Shown here: one piece after another, positions 51,435-62,311 of the stretch
Layout: each line of letters opens with the position of its first letter
Position numbering within the stretch: the first letter of the stretch is position 1
Source of the DNA: an uncultured delta proteobacterium
GTDB taxonomy: Bacteria > Desulfobacterota > Desulfobacteria > Desulfobacterales > Desulfosalsimonadaceae
Length of the DNA stretch: 64,000 nt
Assembly (NCBI GenBank): GCA_963826785.1
Contig: CAWGYD010000004.1
Location: 224,001-288,000 of the forward strand
Direction of reading: 5' to 3'
Program-made: the position numbers and the translations under genes
Notes under the pieces: model-generated
The model's database searches: none
Told to the model about the DNA's origin: nothing
What the model saw: the letters and a program-made list of their open reading frames with translations, nothing else

Positions 51435-53389
51435 ATGGCAATTTCCGGACAAAAACACATGCCGCAGATCATCCTTGCCCTGGTGGTTGCCATTCTCCCC
51501 CATGTGGTCCGCCTGCCGGTCTGGATCGTGCTCTGGTGCGCTTCGATATGGGGGTATCTGCTCTGGTCTTTGCGTTATGGTTGGCCGATTCCCGGTCGGG
51601 GCGTCCGGGTGGCCTTGGCCTGCGCCGGCTTTGCGGGGATTCTGTTGACCTATCCCCGGATCGGGCCGGATGCCTACCTGGGACTGCTTGCCGTCATGTC
51701 GGGGGTAAAACCTCTGGAGATAAAGGCCCACCGGGACCGGATGATCACCCTTTTTCTGGCCTACTTCATCGTGATCACCAGCCTGTTCCAGTCCGAAACC
51801 CTGTCCATCATCCTGTACATGTTCGTATCGGTATGGGTCACCACGGCCGCGCTTATCCGGATCAATGACCCGGAAGGGCATTTTGGGGCCCACCTGCGCC
51901 TTTCATCGAAGATGATCGCCCAGGCCGTGCCGCTGATGGTGGTGCTGTTTCTGGTGTTTCCGCGCATTGATGGCAGTCTTTTCGGCAGTATGCACCGAGA
52001 TGCGGCCACCAGCGGATTTTCAGACACCCTGAGCCCGGGCAGTGTCTCCCATCTGGCCGAAAACCCGGAGATCGCCTTCAGAGCGCAATTCAAAGACGGG
52101 ATCCCCCCGTCCCAGGCGCAGTACTGGCGGGGAATCGTCTTTTATGCGTTTGACGGCAGAACCTGGAAACCGGGCAAGCCGGTTCCGGAAAGATTTTCAC
52201 CCCCAACGGGAGAAGATCCTTTTTCCTACACGATCACCCTGGAACCCAGCGGCCAGCGCTGGCTTTTTGCCCTGGATCTTGCCGGCCGAATTCCGCCCCG
52301 GGCCGTCATGCGCGAGGATTTTACCCTTCATCGCCGGTTCGCGGTCTCCCGCACGCTTCGCTATGAGATGGTTTCCTACACCCGCTATCACACGGGGGGC
52401 ATCCAGCAGTGGGAGCGCCGCCGCTGCCTGCAGCTGCCCGGGCGGTCAAACCCCCGCGCCCGGCAGCTGGCCGAAAAGCTTTCCCGGGGCGCGGACACCG
52501 TGCCGGAGAAAATCGATCATGTCCTTGATTATTTAAAAACCGAGGGGTTTGTCTATACTTTGAATCCACCGGCGCTATCCGGCAATCCGGTGGATGCCCT
52601 TCTGTTTGACACCAAAAAAGGCTACTGCGAGCATTTTGCCTCGGCCTTCGTCTTTTTGATGCGGGCAATGAATGTGCCCGCCCGAATCGTTGGCGGATAT
52701 CTGGGGGGGAGATCAACCCGTATGGCGGATACCTGGTGGTTCGCCAGTCCGACGCTCACGTGTGGGCGGAAGTCTTTACCGAAACCGGTGGCTGGGTCCG
52801 GGCCGACCCCACGGCCGCGGTGGCACCGGAGCGGATCAGCCGGGGCATGGAGGGCTGGTTGTTGAACACCGGAGCCGGTCCCGGCGGAAGCACCTATCTC
52901 AAGCCGGTCATGGGGTGGATCGATCAGGTCCGGTTCGGCTGGGATGCGGTGAATACCCGGTGGCAGGCCTGGTTTTCCGGGTATTCCCATGCCGAGCAGC
53001 AGGCGCTGATGAAAAAGATCGGCATTGATGAGGATGCGCTGCGGGCGGGCCTTCAGATGGGGGTGCTGGTTGTTTTCATCTGCCTGTTTTCCGGTGTCAG
53101 CATCTGGCTGCTGTTCAAGGCGCCGTCTCCGGGAAAAACAGATCCGGTGGCCCGCTGTTATGAACGATTCTGCCGGAAGCTGGCCCGGCAAGGCATTTTG
53201 CGAAAGGCCGGCCAGGGGCCGCTTGACTTTGCGCGGATGGTCGGCAGCCAGCGGCCGGATCTGGGGCCGGCGGCAGCGGAGATCACGGATCTGTATCTGC
53301 AGCTGCGCTACAGCAAATCGGCCGGGACCGGGCGGCTGCCTGATTTAAAATCAAAGGTGCGCGCTTTTGAGCCCAAAAAATCAGGATAG
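51435..53389 (+). CDS. Membrane transglutaminase-like protein (DUF3488/TgpA + DUF4129); -1 frameshift in G run 52703-52709
   Basis: LFLVFPR, YWRG, GYCEHFASAF, PARIVGGYLGG, then DAHVWAEV...GWVRADPT in ORF 52736. Confidence 0.88.
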
Positions 53390-53518
53390 GCGTGCTGATG
53401 TGACGGGTATCAGCGCGGTATCTTCTTCCCCACGCCGGTATTCGGGCGTATTTCGGCTTGAAAATATCGGCCGTCACAGGTATGAAGATCACTGATCTTC
53501 TTTCGGACCGACAAGAGA

Positions 53519-54277
53519 GTGACTACTGTCATGACCAATCGCCTGATCGCTATCCTCTGGTTTGCGTTCGTGATTATCACATCGCTGTTTTTCTTTCCCA
53601 TCGCCCTTTTGATCCGGGTGGCGACCGGCCCTTTCGACAGGCGGCTGTTGATTCTGCAGCAGTTTACCTGTTTCTGGGCCGCTTTGTACACCTGGATCGT
53701 TCCGGCATGGCCGATAAAAATCCAGGACCGGCACAAGATCCGCCGCGGAACGGTGTATGTGGTGGTGTCCAATCACCAGTCGCTGCTGGACATCCTGGTG
53801 ATATTCAACCTGTTCTTTCATTTCAAATTCGTCTCCAAAATCGAGATTTTCCGCATCCCCCTGATCGGGTGGAACATGAGTTTGAACCGCTACATCAAGC
53901 TCAAGCGGGGGGACAAGCAGAGCATCGCCAAAATGATGGCGGATGCCCAAAAGGCCCTGGCCGGCGGCAATTCCGTGCTGATATTTGCCGAAGGGACCCG
54001 ATCGCCGGACGGCAACATCAAGGCGTTCAAGCCCGGTGCGTTCATACTGGCCTCCCAGATGAAAGTGCCCATCCTGCCCGTGGTTATTTCCGGGACCAAC
54101 AAGGCTCTGCCCAAAAAAAGCTTCAATTTCCATGGCAGCCATCCCATCTGCATCCGGGTGTTGGATGAAATTTCCCCCGAATCATTTTCGGATCTGACCG
54201 TCGAGGCGCTCACCGAAAGGGTCCGGACGAAAATGATCGACGAACTCAGGCATCTAAGCGCATTCCTCCAGTCATAG
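53519..54277 (+). CDS. plsC: 1-acyl-sn-glycerol-3-phosphate acyltransferase family
   Basis: NHQSLLD, FAEGTRS, FKPGAF, PILPV. Confidence 0.88.
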   Translation: MTTVMTNRLIAILWFAFVIITSLFFFPIALLIRVATGPFDRRLLILQQFTCFWAALYTWIVPAWPIKIQDRHKIRRGTVYVVVSNHQSLLDILVIFNLFFHFKFVSKIEIFRIPLIGWNMSLNRYIKLKRGDKQSIAKMMADAQKALAGGNSVLIFAEGTRSPDGNIKAFKPGAFILASQMKVPILPVVISGTNKALPKKSFNFHGSHPICIRVLDEISPESFSDLTVEALTERVRTKMIDELRHLSAFLQS

Positions 54278-54422
54278 ATCGACACCCGTGACCGGTTTAC
54301 GGCGGAAGTGATTTGAAAATTGCGGTGAGCCGTTCCCTGTGATATCTACCTTGATTTTGGACAGCAAGCGATTTCGTTTCATCGCGGTAATTGTAAATTT
54401 TTCAGAAAGGTGATTTCAGCAA

Positions 54423-55442
54423 ATGAACAATCGTGCATATATACGATCCACCGGGATGTATGTCCCCGATAAAGTAGTCACAAATGATGACCTGGCCCAG
54501 TTGATGGATACCAGCGATGAATGGATTCACAAGCGGTCCGGCATCCGGGAGCGCCGATATGCCCCCGAAGGGGACCGGTGTTCGGACCTGGCCCTGCGTG
54601 CGGTGAAAAACCTGCTCTCCAGGGGGGAGGTAAAGGAAGACGAGATCGACTGCATCATTTTTGCGACCCTGAGCCCTGATTTTCATTTTCCGGGTGCGGG
54701 GGTATTTCTCCAGGACAAGCTGGGCTGGGCGGAGCGCCACATCCCCTGCTACGACATCCGGCAGCAGTGCAGCGGGTTTATCTATGGCCTGCAGATGGCC
54801 CAGGCGTTCATCGAGGCGGGCATGTATGAAAATGTTTTGCTGGTGGGTGCCGAAGTGCATTCCAAAGGGCTGGAATACAACAACCGGGGCCGGGCCGTCA
54901 CGGTCCTGTTCGGGGACGGGGCCGCCTGCACGGTGGTTTCAAAGGCAAAGGACGAAAAATCCATGATCCTGAGCACAAAGGTGCACGCAGACGGCGCCGG
55001 GGCGCTCAACGGGGTTCACATGATCCTGTTTGATATCGGGAAAAAGCCCATCATCTATTATGATCCGGCCGACGAATCCCAGAACGGGGTCATGTTCCCG
55101 GAGATGCCCAATCCGAAGAACCTGTTTGCCAATGCGGTGCGGCGGATGGCGGAAGTCAGCCTCTCCGGCTTGCAAAACCTGGGCCTGACCGCAGCCGACA
55201 TCGACTGGGTGCTGCCCCACCAGGCCAACAAGCGCATCAACGACATGGCCGCCCAGTACATGGGTATTCCCGAGGAGAAGGTGCTGGCCAATATCCATAA
55301 ATACGGCAATACCACCGCGGCCACCATCCCCCTGCTGCTGGATGAATACACCGTCAACGGCACCATCAAACGCGGCGATCTGATCCTGATGGTGGGGTTC
55401 GGCTCCGGATTCACCTGGGGGGCGAGCATCGCCCGGTACTGA
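54423..55442 (+). CDS. fabH: 3-oxoacyl-ACP synthase III
   Basis: DTSDEWI, catalytic C (QQCSGF), H (PHQAN), N (YGNT), GFGSGFTWG. Confidence 0.9.
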   Translation: MNNRAYIRSTGMYVPDKVVTNDDLAQLMDTSDEWIHKRSGIRERRYAPEGDRCSDLALRAVKNLLSRGEVKEDEIDCIIFATLSPDFHFPGAGVFLQDKLGWAERHIPCYDIRQQCSGFIYGLQMAQAFIEAGMYENVLLVGAEVHSKGLEYNNRGRAVTVLFGDGAACTVVSKAKDEKSMILSTKVHADGAGALNGVHMILFDIGKKPIIYYDPADESQNGVMFPEMPNPKNLFANAVRRMAEVSLSGLQNLGLTAADIDWVLPHQANKRINDMAAQYMGIPEEKVLANIHKYGNTTAATIPLLLDEYTVNGTIKRGDLILMVGFGSGFTWGASIARY

Positions 55443-55478
55443 TCCGAGTCGCAGGAATCCGAATAATAAAAAAATAAA

Positions 55479-55505
55479 AAAGGGCGCCGGAATCCGGCGC
55501 CCTTT
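55479..55505. terminator. Terminator between convergent fabH and the Fe-S gene
   Basis: AAAGGGCGCCGG-AAT-CCGGCGCCCTTT preceded by an A-rich tract. Confidence 0.8.
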
Positions 55506-55535
55506 CAGCTTGACGTATCAGTTATGGAAGTCGAA

Positions 55536-56856
55536 TTACATCTCGGATTCCGGATGGAATACGTTGACTTCCTTTAGATCATCGCCCAGGTATTCGCGTT
55601 CATTGGGCCCCAGGATGCCCATGGCCAGGCAGATGATGGTCCAGAGATGGACCGTCTGCCAGGCGTGGTCCCGGATGTCGGAAAGGTCGTGGACCTGTGC
55701 GTGGCAGTTGTGGCAGGGGGTGATGCAGTAATCCGCACCCGTGGCCAGGATCTGCTCGGCCTTGAGGCTGCCGTACTGGCGCCGTTCGTCCGGGTACCCG
55801 GCCTGGAGAAACCCGCCGCCGCCGCCGCAGCAGTAGTTGTTGGAGCGGTTGGGGGTCATGTCGATGAAGTTTTCCTCGCCCACCACGGTTTTCACCACAA
55901 ACCGCAGGTCTTCGGCCACCGGGTCGCCGAAGGACTTGCGCACCAGCTGGCAGGGGTCCTGGACCGTGAACTTGACCTTGAGGTCCTTGTTCCAGTCGGA
56001 GCTGACCTTGAGTTTTCCTTCCCGGATCCACTGGGCATAATATTGAATGATGCTTTTGATTTCAAAGTTGTAGGGAATCTTGAATTTCTGCAGTCCGGCC
56101 CGGACTGCGAACAGTTCGTGCCCTCACTCGGTGTTGAGCCAGACCTTGCAGCCCAAGATCCTCCACCGCCTTGGCCTTGACTTCGATGATGTGTTTCCAG
56201 GCGTCGTTATCGGCCATGAACATGCAGTAGTTTTCTGCGGCCCACCCCTTGGTGCCGTAGGTCCAGTCGGCGCCCACCGAGTGCAGGATCTTCCACAGGG
56301 GGACCATTTCATCCGGCTCGGTCACCGGCTCCCGGGAGTTCTGGTTCAGGAAGAATTCGGCACCCTGCTTGTTGACCGGGGCTTCCATGTCCTTGAACTC
56401 GGGCTGGGCTTCCCGGTATTCTTCCAGAACGTCTTCCACCACGAACTGGAAATCTTCTTCCGTGGCGCCCATGGCGCTGCAGGTATCGTTTCGAAGGGCC
56501 ATATCGCATGATCCCAGGATCCCCTTGGGCCGCTGGTCCCGCGGCCAGCTCTGCCGGGCATTGAAGACCAGCTGGGGGATGTTGATCTGCATGGGGCAGA
56601 CATAGATGCAGCGCATGCACATGGTGCAGTGCCAGACCCAGGGATTTGTGGTCACTTCCTCGTCCATGCCGAGTGCGGCCATGCGCAGAAATTTCCGCGC
56701 ATCCATGCCGCCGATACCGGTTGCGGGGCAACCGGCGGAGCAGGCGCCGCAGGTCAGGCAAAGATTGAGATTCCCGCCCTCGGGAAGGATCTCCTTCACC
56801 TTGTCCATAAACGTGCTTTTGTGTTTTCCGCCAAGTTTGATTGCTGGCTCACCCAT
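55536..56856 (-). CDS. HdrD/GlpC-like Fe-S oxidoreductase, probable selenoprotein (~439 aa); +1 frameshift near 56152, UGA at 56126-56124
   Basis: Two CxxCxxCxxxCP motifs; reconstructed LGCKVWLNTE-U-GHE; then QDPC, CCGGGGG, TPCHNC in frame with ORF 55536..55943. Confidence 0.85.
56090..56108 (-). promoter_or_regulatory. Candidate bacterial SECIS hairpin
   Basis: GCAGUCCG-GGC-CGGACUGC, a perfect 8-bp stem with a G-first loop, starting 15 nt after the UGA. Confidence 0.72.
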
Positions 56857-57240
56857 TTACATTCTCCTTACGTCATTCTCATATCGAAATGATCCGATGC
56901 GATCAGTAGCGGACCATCGCCAGACAGAAATCGCAATAAAACCAAAACTTCTTTTTTACCCATTATATGCCATATGTCAATAATAATTCTTGATAAACAA
57001 ACCCGTAGGCGTCGGATCAAACAGCGGGCAAAATCGCCCCTGTCCGAAAGTACGCCTCACCTCTGGCCGGGAACGGTTCGTTGAAATCAATTACCGTGTG
57101 ATTATTATTGCCATTGATGCCGGTCCGTTTTCATTGGGAGGCCCGCCTGTTTTTAAAGGTTTGACACGCTATGCAGACTTGTTTAAAATACCGGATTTTA
57201 TGAGTGCCGGTGATAACATGCCACAGATTGGATCTATTTA

Positions 57241-57811
57241 ATGCGGGCGGGTGTGACGATGCGTTGGGCCTTTATAATGCGTGTCGGGGTAATGGTGACA
57301 ATTTTTTCGATTCTGCTGCCCCTGGAAGTTCTTTGGGCGGGGATTGCCGGGCCTGCCGGCAGAAGAGGACCGGGATGCTGAAATGGCCGGGCATCTGCCG
57401 GTGTATGTTTATTTTGCAGATGCCGGAAATGATTTCCTGTCAGGCGAACAGCGGGCGATTCAGCCGTCGGCCGACCCCGCTGCCGGGTGCCGTCTGCTGG
57501 TAGAGGAGTTGATCCGGGGACCCCGGGGGGATCTTGCAGAGACCCTTCCCCGTAAAACCCGTTTGCGGGCACTTTACCTGGGGCCGGACAAGACCGCCTA
57601 CGTGGATCTGACCCGGGATGTTTCAACCGGTCTGGCCGGCGGGATCAAGACCGAACTGCTGGCGGTATATTCCATTGTCAACACGCTGGTGCTCAATGTT
57701 TCGGAAGTGGAGCAGGTGAAAATATTAATCGAGGGTGAGGAATCGGAGACCCTTTCCGGGCATGTCGATATCCGGTTCCCTTTCAAGGCGGATATCCTGT
57801 TGATCAGATGA
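57241..57811 (+). CDS. GerMN-domain protein; +1 frameshift near 57340 separates the signal/TM segment
   Basis: [38 protein letters not shown]...TLSGHVD. Confidence 0.8.
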
Positions 57812-59841
57812 AAACAGACAAACATATCAAAAAATTGCGCAACATCGGGATCATCGCCCATATTGACGCGGGCAAGACCACGGTGACGGAGCGGATCCTT
57901 TTCTATACCGGGCGTTCCCACAAGATCGGCGAGGTCCATGACGGCGAGGCGGTCATGGACTGGATGCCCGACGAGCAGGAACGGGGGATCACCATTACCT
58001 CGGCGGTGACCACCTGCCAGTGGAAGGACCACGAGGTGCAGATCATCGATACCCCCGGCCACGTGGATTTCACCATAGAGGTGGAGCGGTCCCTGCGGGT
58101 GCTCGACGGTGCAGTGGGCGTGTTCTGCGCCGTGGGCGGGGTGGAGCCCCAGTCCGAAACCGTCTGGCACCAGGCGGATAAGTACCTGGTCCCCAAGATG
58201 GCCTTTATCAATAAAATGGACAGGGTCGGTGCGGATTTTTTCCGGGCGGTGGACATGATCAGGGAGCGCCTCAATGCCAATCCGGTTCTGCTTCAGCTGC
58301 CGGTGGGGCAGGAGGACAGCTTTTCCGGGGTCATCGACCTGCTCAGGATGCAGCAGCTGACCTGGGAATCCGACGCACCCAACGCGCAGATCATCACCTC
58401 CGATATCGAAGATCAGTACCTGGAGCAGGCCGGGGAATACCGGGACAAGCTGCTGGAGCGCGTGGCCGAGGTGGATGATCAGATCATGGAGGCGTACCTG
58501 GAGGAAAAACCCATCTCCACGGAGGCGCTGATCGCAGCCATCCGCAAGGCCACGCTGTCGCTGAAGATGGTGCCGCTGCTGTGCGGTGCGGCGCTGAAAA
58601 ACAAGGGGATTCAGCCCCTGCTGGATGCGGTGATCCAGTTTCTTCCCAGCCCGGTGGAAGTGCCGCCCATCCAGGGGGTGCATCCGGAATCCGGAGAAAA
58701 GCTCGAATTTACCGCCAAAGAGGACGGCCCCCTGGTGGCGCTGATCTTCAAGGTTTCCATGATGGAAGGGCGCAAGCTTTCCTTCGTCCGGGTCTATTCC
58801 GGAAAGCTGATGGCCAATGCGGACGTGTACAATCCCAGCCGGAAGAAAAAGGAGAAAATCTCCCGCATCCTGCGAATGCACGCCAACAAGCGGGAGCGCC
58901 TGGATGTGGCCACTGCAGGGCACATCGTAGGGGTGATGGGCTTAAAGGATTCCTCCACCGGGGAGACCCTGTGCCAGACCACCGCGCCGGTGCTGCTCGA
59001 GCAGATGGAATTTTACAAGCCGGTGATTTCCATATCGGTGGAGCCCAAGACCCATGACGATCAGGAAAAACTCGAACAGGTGCTGGAAAAACTCATGGCA
59101 GAGGACCCCACGCTGAAGGTCAAGCAGGACGAGGATACCGGCCAGATGATCCTGTCCGGAATGGGGGAGTTGCACTTAGACATCATCACCAGCCGCATGC
59201 GCCGGGAATACAACACCAACGTCAACGTGGGAAAACCCCAGGTGGTCTACCGGGAAACCATCGCCAAAGACGCGAGGGCGTCGGCCGTATTCGACAAGGA
59301 CGTGGCGGGCCAGCGCCATTTCGGGGAAGTGGAGATCCGGTTGAGGCCGCTGCAGCGGGGAAGCGGCAACACCTTTTCCGTAAAAATCCCGCCTCAGCAG
59401 ATCCCGGAAATATATCTGCCGGCCATCCGGAAAGGGGTGGAGGACGCCATGGAATACGGGGTGGCCATGGGCTACCCGGTTCTGGATGTGGAAGCGGTGG
59501 TGACCGGCGGATCATTCAAGGAGTCGATGGGTTCGGACCTGGCCTATACCGTCAGCGCTTCCATGGCCTGCCGGGAGGCGCTCGCCAAGGGCGAATCCTT
59601 CCTGCTGGAGCCCATCATGGACGTGGAGGTGTTTGTTCCGGAAACCTTCATGGGCGAGGTGATCGGCGACTTAAGCGCCCGGGGCGGCAAAATCGAGGCC
59701 ATCTCTTCCAAAGGGGAGATCCAGTTGATTTCAGCCATGGCGCCGCTTTCCCGGATGTTCGGCTATTCCACGGCCCTCCGGTCCGCCTCCCAGGGCCGGG
59801 GCAATTTCTCCATGAAATTTTCCCATTTCGACAAGGTCTGA
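57808..59841 (+). CDS. fusA: Elongation factor G paralog outside the str operon
   Basis: [40 protein letters not shown]; domain IV loops divergent. Confidence 0.93.
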   Translation: MKTDKHIKKLRNIGIIAHIDAGKTTVTERILFYTGRSHKIGEVHDGEAVMDWMPDEQERGITITSAVTTCQWKDHEVQIIDTPGHVDFTIEVERSLRVLDGAVGVFCAVGGVEPQSETVWHQADKYLVPKMAFINKMDRVGADFFRAVDMIRERLNANPVLLQLPVGQEDSFSGVIDLLRMQQLTWESDAPNAQIITSDIEDQYLEQAGEYRDKLLERVAEVDDQIMEAYLEEKPISTEALIAAIRKATLSLKMVPLLCGAALKNKGIQPLLDAVIQFLPSPVEVPPIQGVHPESGEKLEFTAKEDGPLVALIFKVSMMEGRKLSFVRVYSGKLMANADVYNPSRKKKEKISRILRMHANKRERLDVATAGHIVGVMGLKDSSTGETLCQTTAPVLLEQMEFYKPVISISVEPKTHDDQEKLEQVLEKLMAEDPTLKVKQDEDTGQMILSGMGELHLDIITSRMRREYNTNVNVGKPQVVYRETIAKDARASAVFDKDVAGQRHFGEVEIRLRPLQRGSGNTFSVKIPPQQIPEIYLPAIRKGVEDAMEYGVAMGYPVLDVEAVVTGGSFKESMGSDLAYTVSASMACREALAKGESFLLEPIMDVEVFVPETFMGEVIGDLSARGGKIEAISSKGEIQLISAMAPLSRMFGYSTALRSASQGRGNFSMKFSHFDKV

Positions 59842-59853
59842 TGATTCCATCGA

Positions 59854-61317
59854 TTACCGCAATTCCGGTCGGACCCGGAACCCGGACGGGAAAACCTGCT
59901 GTATGGATTCCTTTTCCTCCGGGGGCGGCGTCCGGCGGTTTTTCAGGGATTCCAGTTCTTCCTTGATCTTTTTGATCCGGTCCTTGTCGGTTTCCGTTTC
60001 CAGTGCCTGGCTGAAATGGAACCGGGCGGTTTTAATATCGTTTTCCCGCTTGGAATAAAGCCCGAGATAATAATGGGCATCCCCCAGGCGGTCTTGTTTT
60101 CCCAGCGTTTTTCCCAGCGCAAACAGCCCTTCCTTGTAGTCCGGGTATCTCATCACCAGTTGCTCCAGGGTGGCGGCGGAATCATCATAGCGCTCCAGCG
60201 TGAACTGGGAGCGTCCCAGGTAGAGCCAGGCCTCCGGATTGTCTGATTTCAGGATTTCTTCGGAATTCAGGGTTTTGATGGCTTCCTCGTACTGCCCCGA
60301 AAGATAATAGATGCGTCCCAGGTCCGCCTTCAAAAAGGGGTCTTCCGGGTGCTGGGCAATCGCCTGCTTGAGGAGCGGAATGGCTGCCCTGGCGCTGCCG
60401 TTTCGGGCCAGGGCCAGGGCGTACCCGTAGCGGGCCATGGCATCATTCGGGTCTTTTTCAACCCGGTTTCGGAACCGCTCCAGGACCATTTCCGAATGGC
60501 CGTACAGGGCGGCCACACGCGCCCGGGTCCGGGAAAAGGCATAGGAGGGGACCAGGTGGGGGTCTTTTTCATCCTCCAGCATGTTGCTCAGGTAGATAAT
60601 CCGCTCCTCGGTGGCCGGGTGGGTCAACAGGTACGTGGGGATCTCATCTGTCCCGTACCACTGGGTGGCCCGGATCTTTTTCAGCACCGCCAGCAGGCCG
60701 TGCAGGTCATAGCCGGCCCGCACCAGGGTGGATCGTCCGATCTGGTCGGCCTGGATTTCATTCTCCCGCGAATAGGCCAGCTGCATGGTCTGCCCGGCCG
60801 CCATTGAGCCCACCGTCAGGGCTGTTCCGGCCGTGGCGGCGCCGCCCAGCCCCATCAGGATGCCGGCCACCACGCCGGCCAGGGTTACCATACTGGTTTT
60901 TTTAGATTTTTCGATCATTTCGGAAATATGGCGGCTGGAAACATGGGCGATTTCATGGGTCAGCAGCCCGGCCAGCTCGTCTTCATTGTCCAGGGCCTCA
61001 AACAGCCCGCTCAGGATGAAAATATGCCCCCCGGGTCCGGCAAAGGCGTTGTACGAATCTTCCTTGATCATGTAAAAATGGTACTCGAACGGCTGGGGCG
61101 GCATGGCCGACAGGATTTTTTGCCCCACCGATTTGAGGTAATCATTGACCACCGGATCATCAATCACCTGGTAATAGTCGAAAACGGCTTTCAGAAATTC
61201 ATCCGACAGTTCCTGCTCCTCCATGAGGGTCAGGGCGGATGATTTTTGAGGGCAGGGCACCCCGACAAAGATGAGAACGAGGAGCCCGGCCATGAATTTT
61301 TTCAATCGGGTAAGCAT
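59854..61317 (-). CDS. M48 metalloprotease with TPR repeats (BepA-like)
   Basis: Signal peptide, NAFAGPGG, HEIAH, YSRENEIQAD, LLTHP, C-terminal TPRs. Confidence 0.92.
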   Translation of the reverse strand: MLTRLKKFMAGLLVLIFVGVPCPQKSSALTLMEEQELSDEFLKAVFDYYQVIDDPVVNDYLKSVGQKILSAMPPQPFEYHFYMIKEDSYNAFAGPGGHIFILSGLFEALDNEDELAGLLTHEIAHVSSRHISEMIEKSKKTSMVTLAGVVAGILMGLGGAATAGTALTVGSMAAGQTMQLAYSRENEIQADQIGRSTLVRAGYDLHGLLAVLKKIRATQWYGTDEIPTYLLTHPATEERIIYLSNMLEDEKDPHLVPSYAFSRTRARVAALYGHSEMVLERFRNRVEKDPNDAMARYGYALALARNGSARAAIPLLKQAIAQHPEDPFLKADLGRIYYLSGQYEEAIKTLNSEEILKSDNPEAWLYLGRSQFTLERYDDSAATLEQLVMRYPDYKEGLFALGKTLGKQDRLGDAHYYLGLYSKRENDIKTARFHFSQALETETDKDRIKKIKEELESLKNRRTPPPEEKESIQQVFPSGFRVRPELR

Positions 61318-61422
61318 GATGTGAAATAAATGTCCTTTTATGGGTGAGAAGCTGAAAATAATAATATGACACATCCTTATCCGCTTTTCAAATGGCGAAT
61401 AATGTGATAGATCAGATTCACC

Positions 61423-62211
61423 ATGGCACATACCATCTGCGTTGCAAATCAAAAAGGAGGGGTGGGGAAGACCACCACGGCGGTCAATCTGGCTGCGGCC
61501 CTGGCCGCGTCCAAAAAAAAGACCCTGCTGGTGGACTGCGACCCCCAGGCCAATGCCACCACCGGACTGGGGGTGGACAAGCGCCTGATCCGGGAATCCC
61601 TTTATCATGGATTGATCGACCAGGTTCGGGCCGATCAGCTGATTGCCAAAACCGATATCGATCGGCTGTGGGTGATCCCTTCCAAGGTGGAACTCATCGG
61701 GTTTGAAGTGGAGATGATGGGGGAGGAGCACCGGGAGCAGGTACTGCAGCGGTTTCTTTCCCAGTGCGCCGATCAGTTCGACTATATCGTGATCGACTGC
61801 CCGCCGTCTTTGAGCCTGTTGACCTTAAACGCCATGACCGCCGCCGACGCGGTCCTCATCCCGCTGCAGAGCGAATTTTTCGCCCTGGAGGGGCTGGGGC
61901 AGTTGATGCAGACCATCAAACGGATCAGGGGCGGGTTGAACCCCGCATTGAAAATTGAAGGGATTCTGCTGACCATGGTGGACCGGCGGACCAACCTGTC
62001 CGGACAGGTGGCGGACAATGCCGAGAAATATTTCAAGAAGCTGGTCTTCAAGACCCGCATCCCCCGGACGGTCCGGCTGGCTGAAGCGCCCAGCTATGGA
62101 AAACCGATCATCGCTTTTGATCCATCCTCCATCGGTTCCAAGTGCTACCTTTCCCTGGCCCGGGAAGTCATCAGGGGAGACCGCTTGAAGGAAAAAATTC
62201 ATATATTGTAA
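61423..62211 (+). CDS. parA: ParA/Soj chromosome partition ATPase
   Basis: NQKGGVGKTT, DCDPQANAT, IDCPPSL, LAEAPSYG. Confidence 0.96.
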   Translation: MAHTICVANQKGGVGKTTTAVNLAAALAASKKKTLLVDCDPQANATTGLGVDKRLIRESLYHGLIDQVRADQLIAKTDIDRLWVIPSKVELIGFEVEMMGEEHREQVLQRFLSQCADQFDYIVIDCPPSLSLLTLNAMTAADAVLIPLQSEFFALEGLGQLMQTIKRIRGGLNPALKIEGILLTMVDRRTNLSGQVADNAEKYFKKLVFKTRIPRTVRLAEAPSYGKPIIAFDPSSIGSKCYLSLAREVIRGDRLKEKIHIL

Positions 62212-62215
62212 GCGT

Positions 62216-62295
62216 AAGCTACAGGCTGAAGGCCAGAGACGGAAGGCTGAAGGGTTTGAGGATTTAAAACCTTTTTTAATTCAGTCTTCGGCCTA
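62216..62295. repeat. Short AGGCTGAAG repeats with inverted partners
   Basis: AGGCTGAAGG twice, followed by TTCAGTCTTCGGCCT. Confidence 0.45.
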
Positions 62296-62311
62296 AACAC
62301 CTAAGGGGTGG

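Noticed and set aside
61318..61731. N-terminal extension of the M48 protease in ORF 59854..61731
   Set aside because: It overlaps parA antisense; the signal peptide begins at MLTRLKK (61317).
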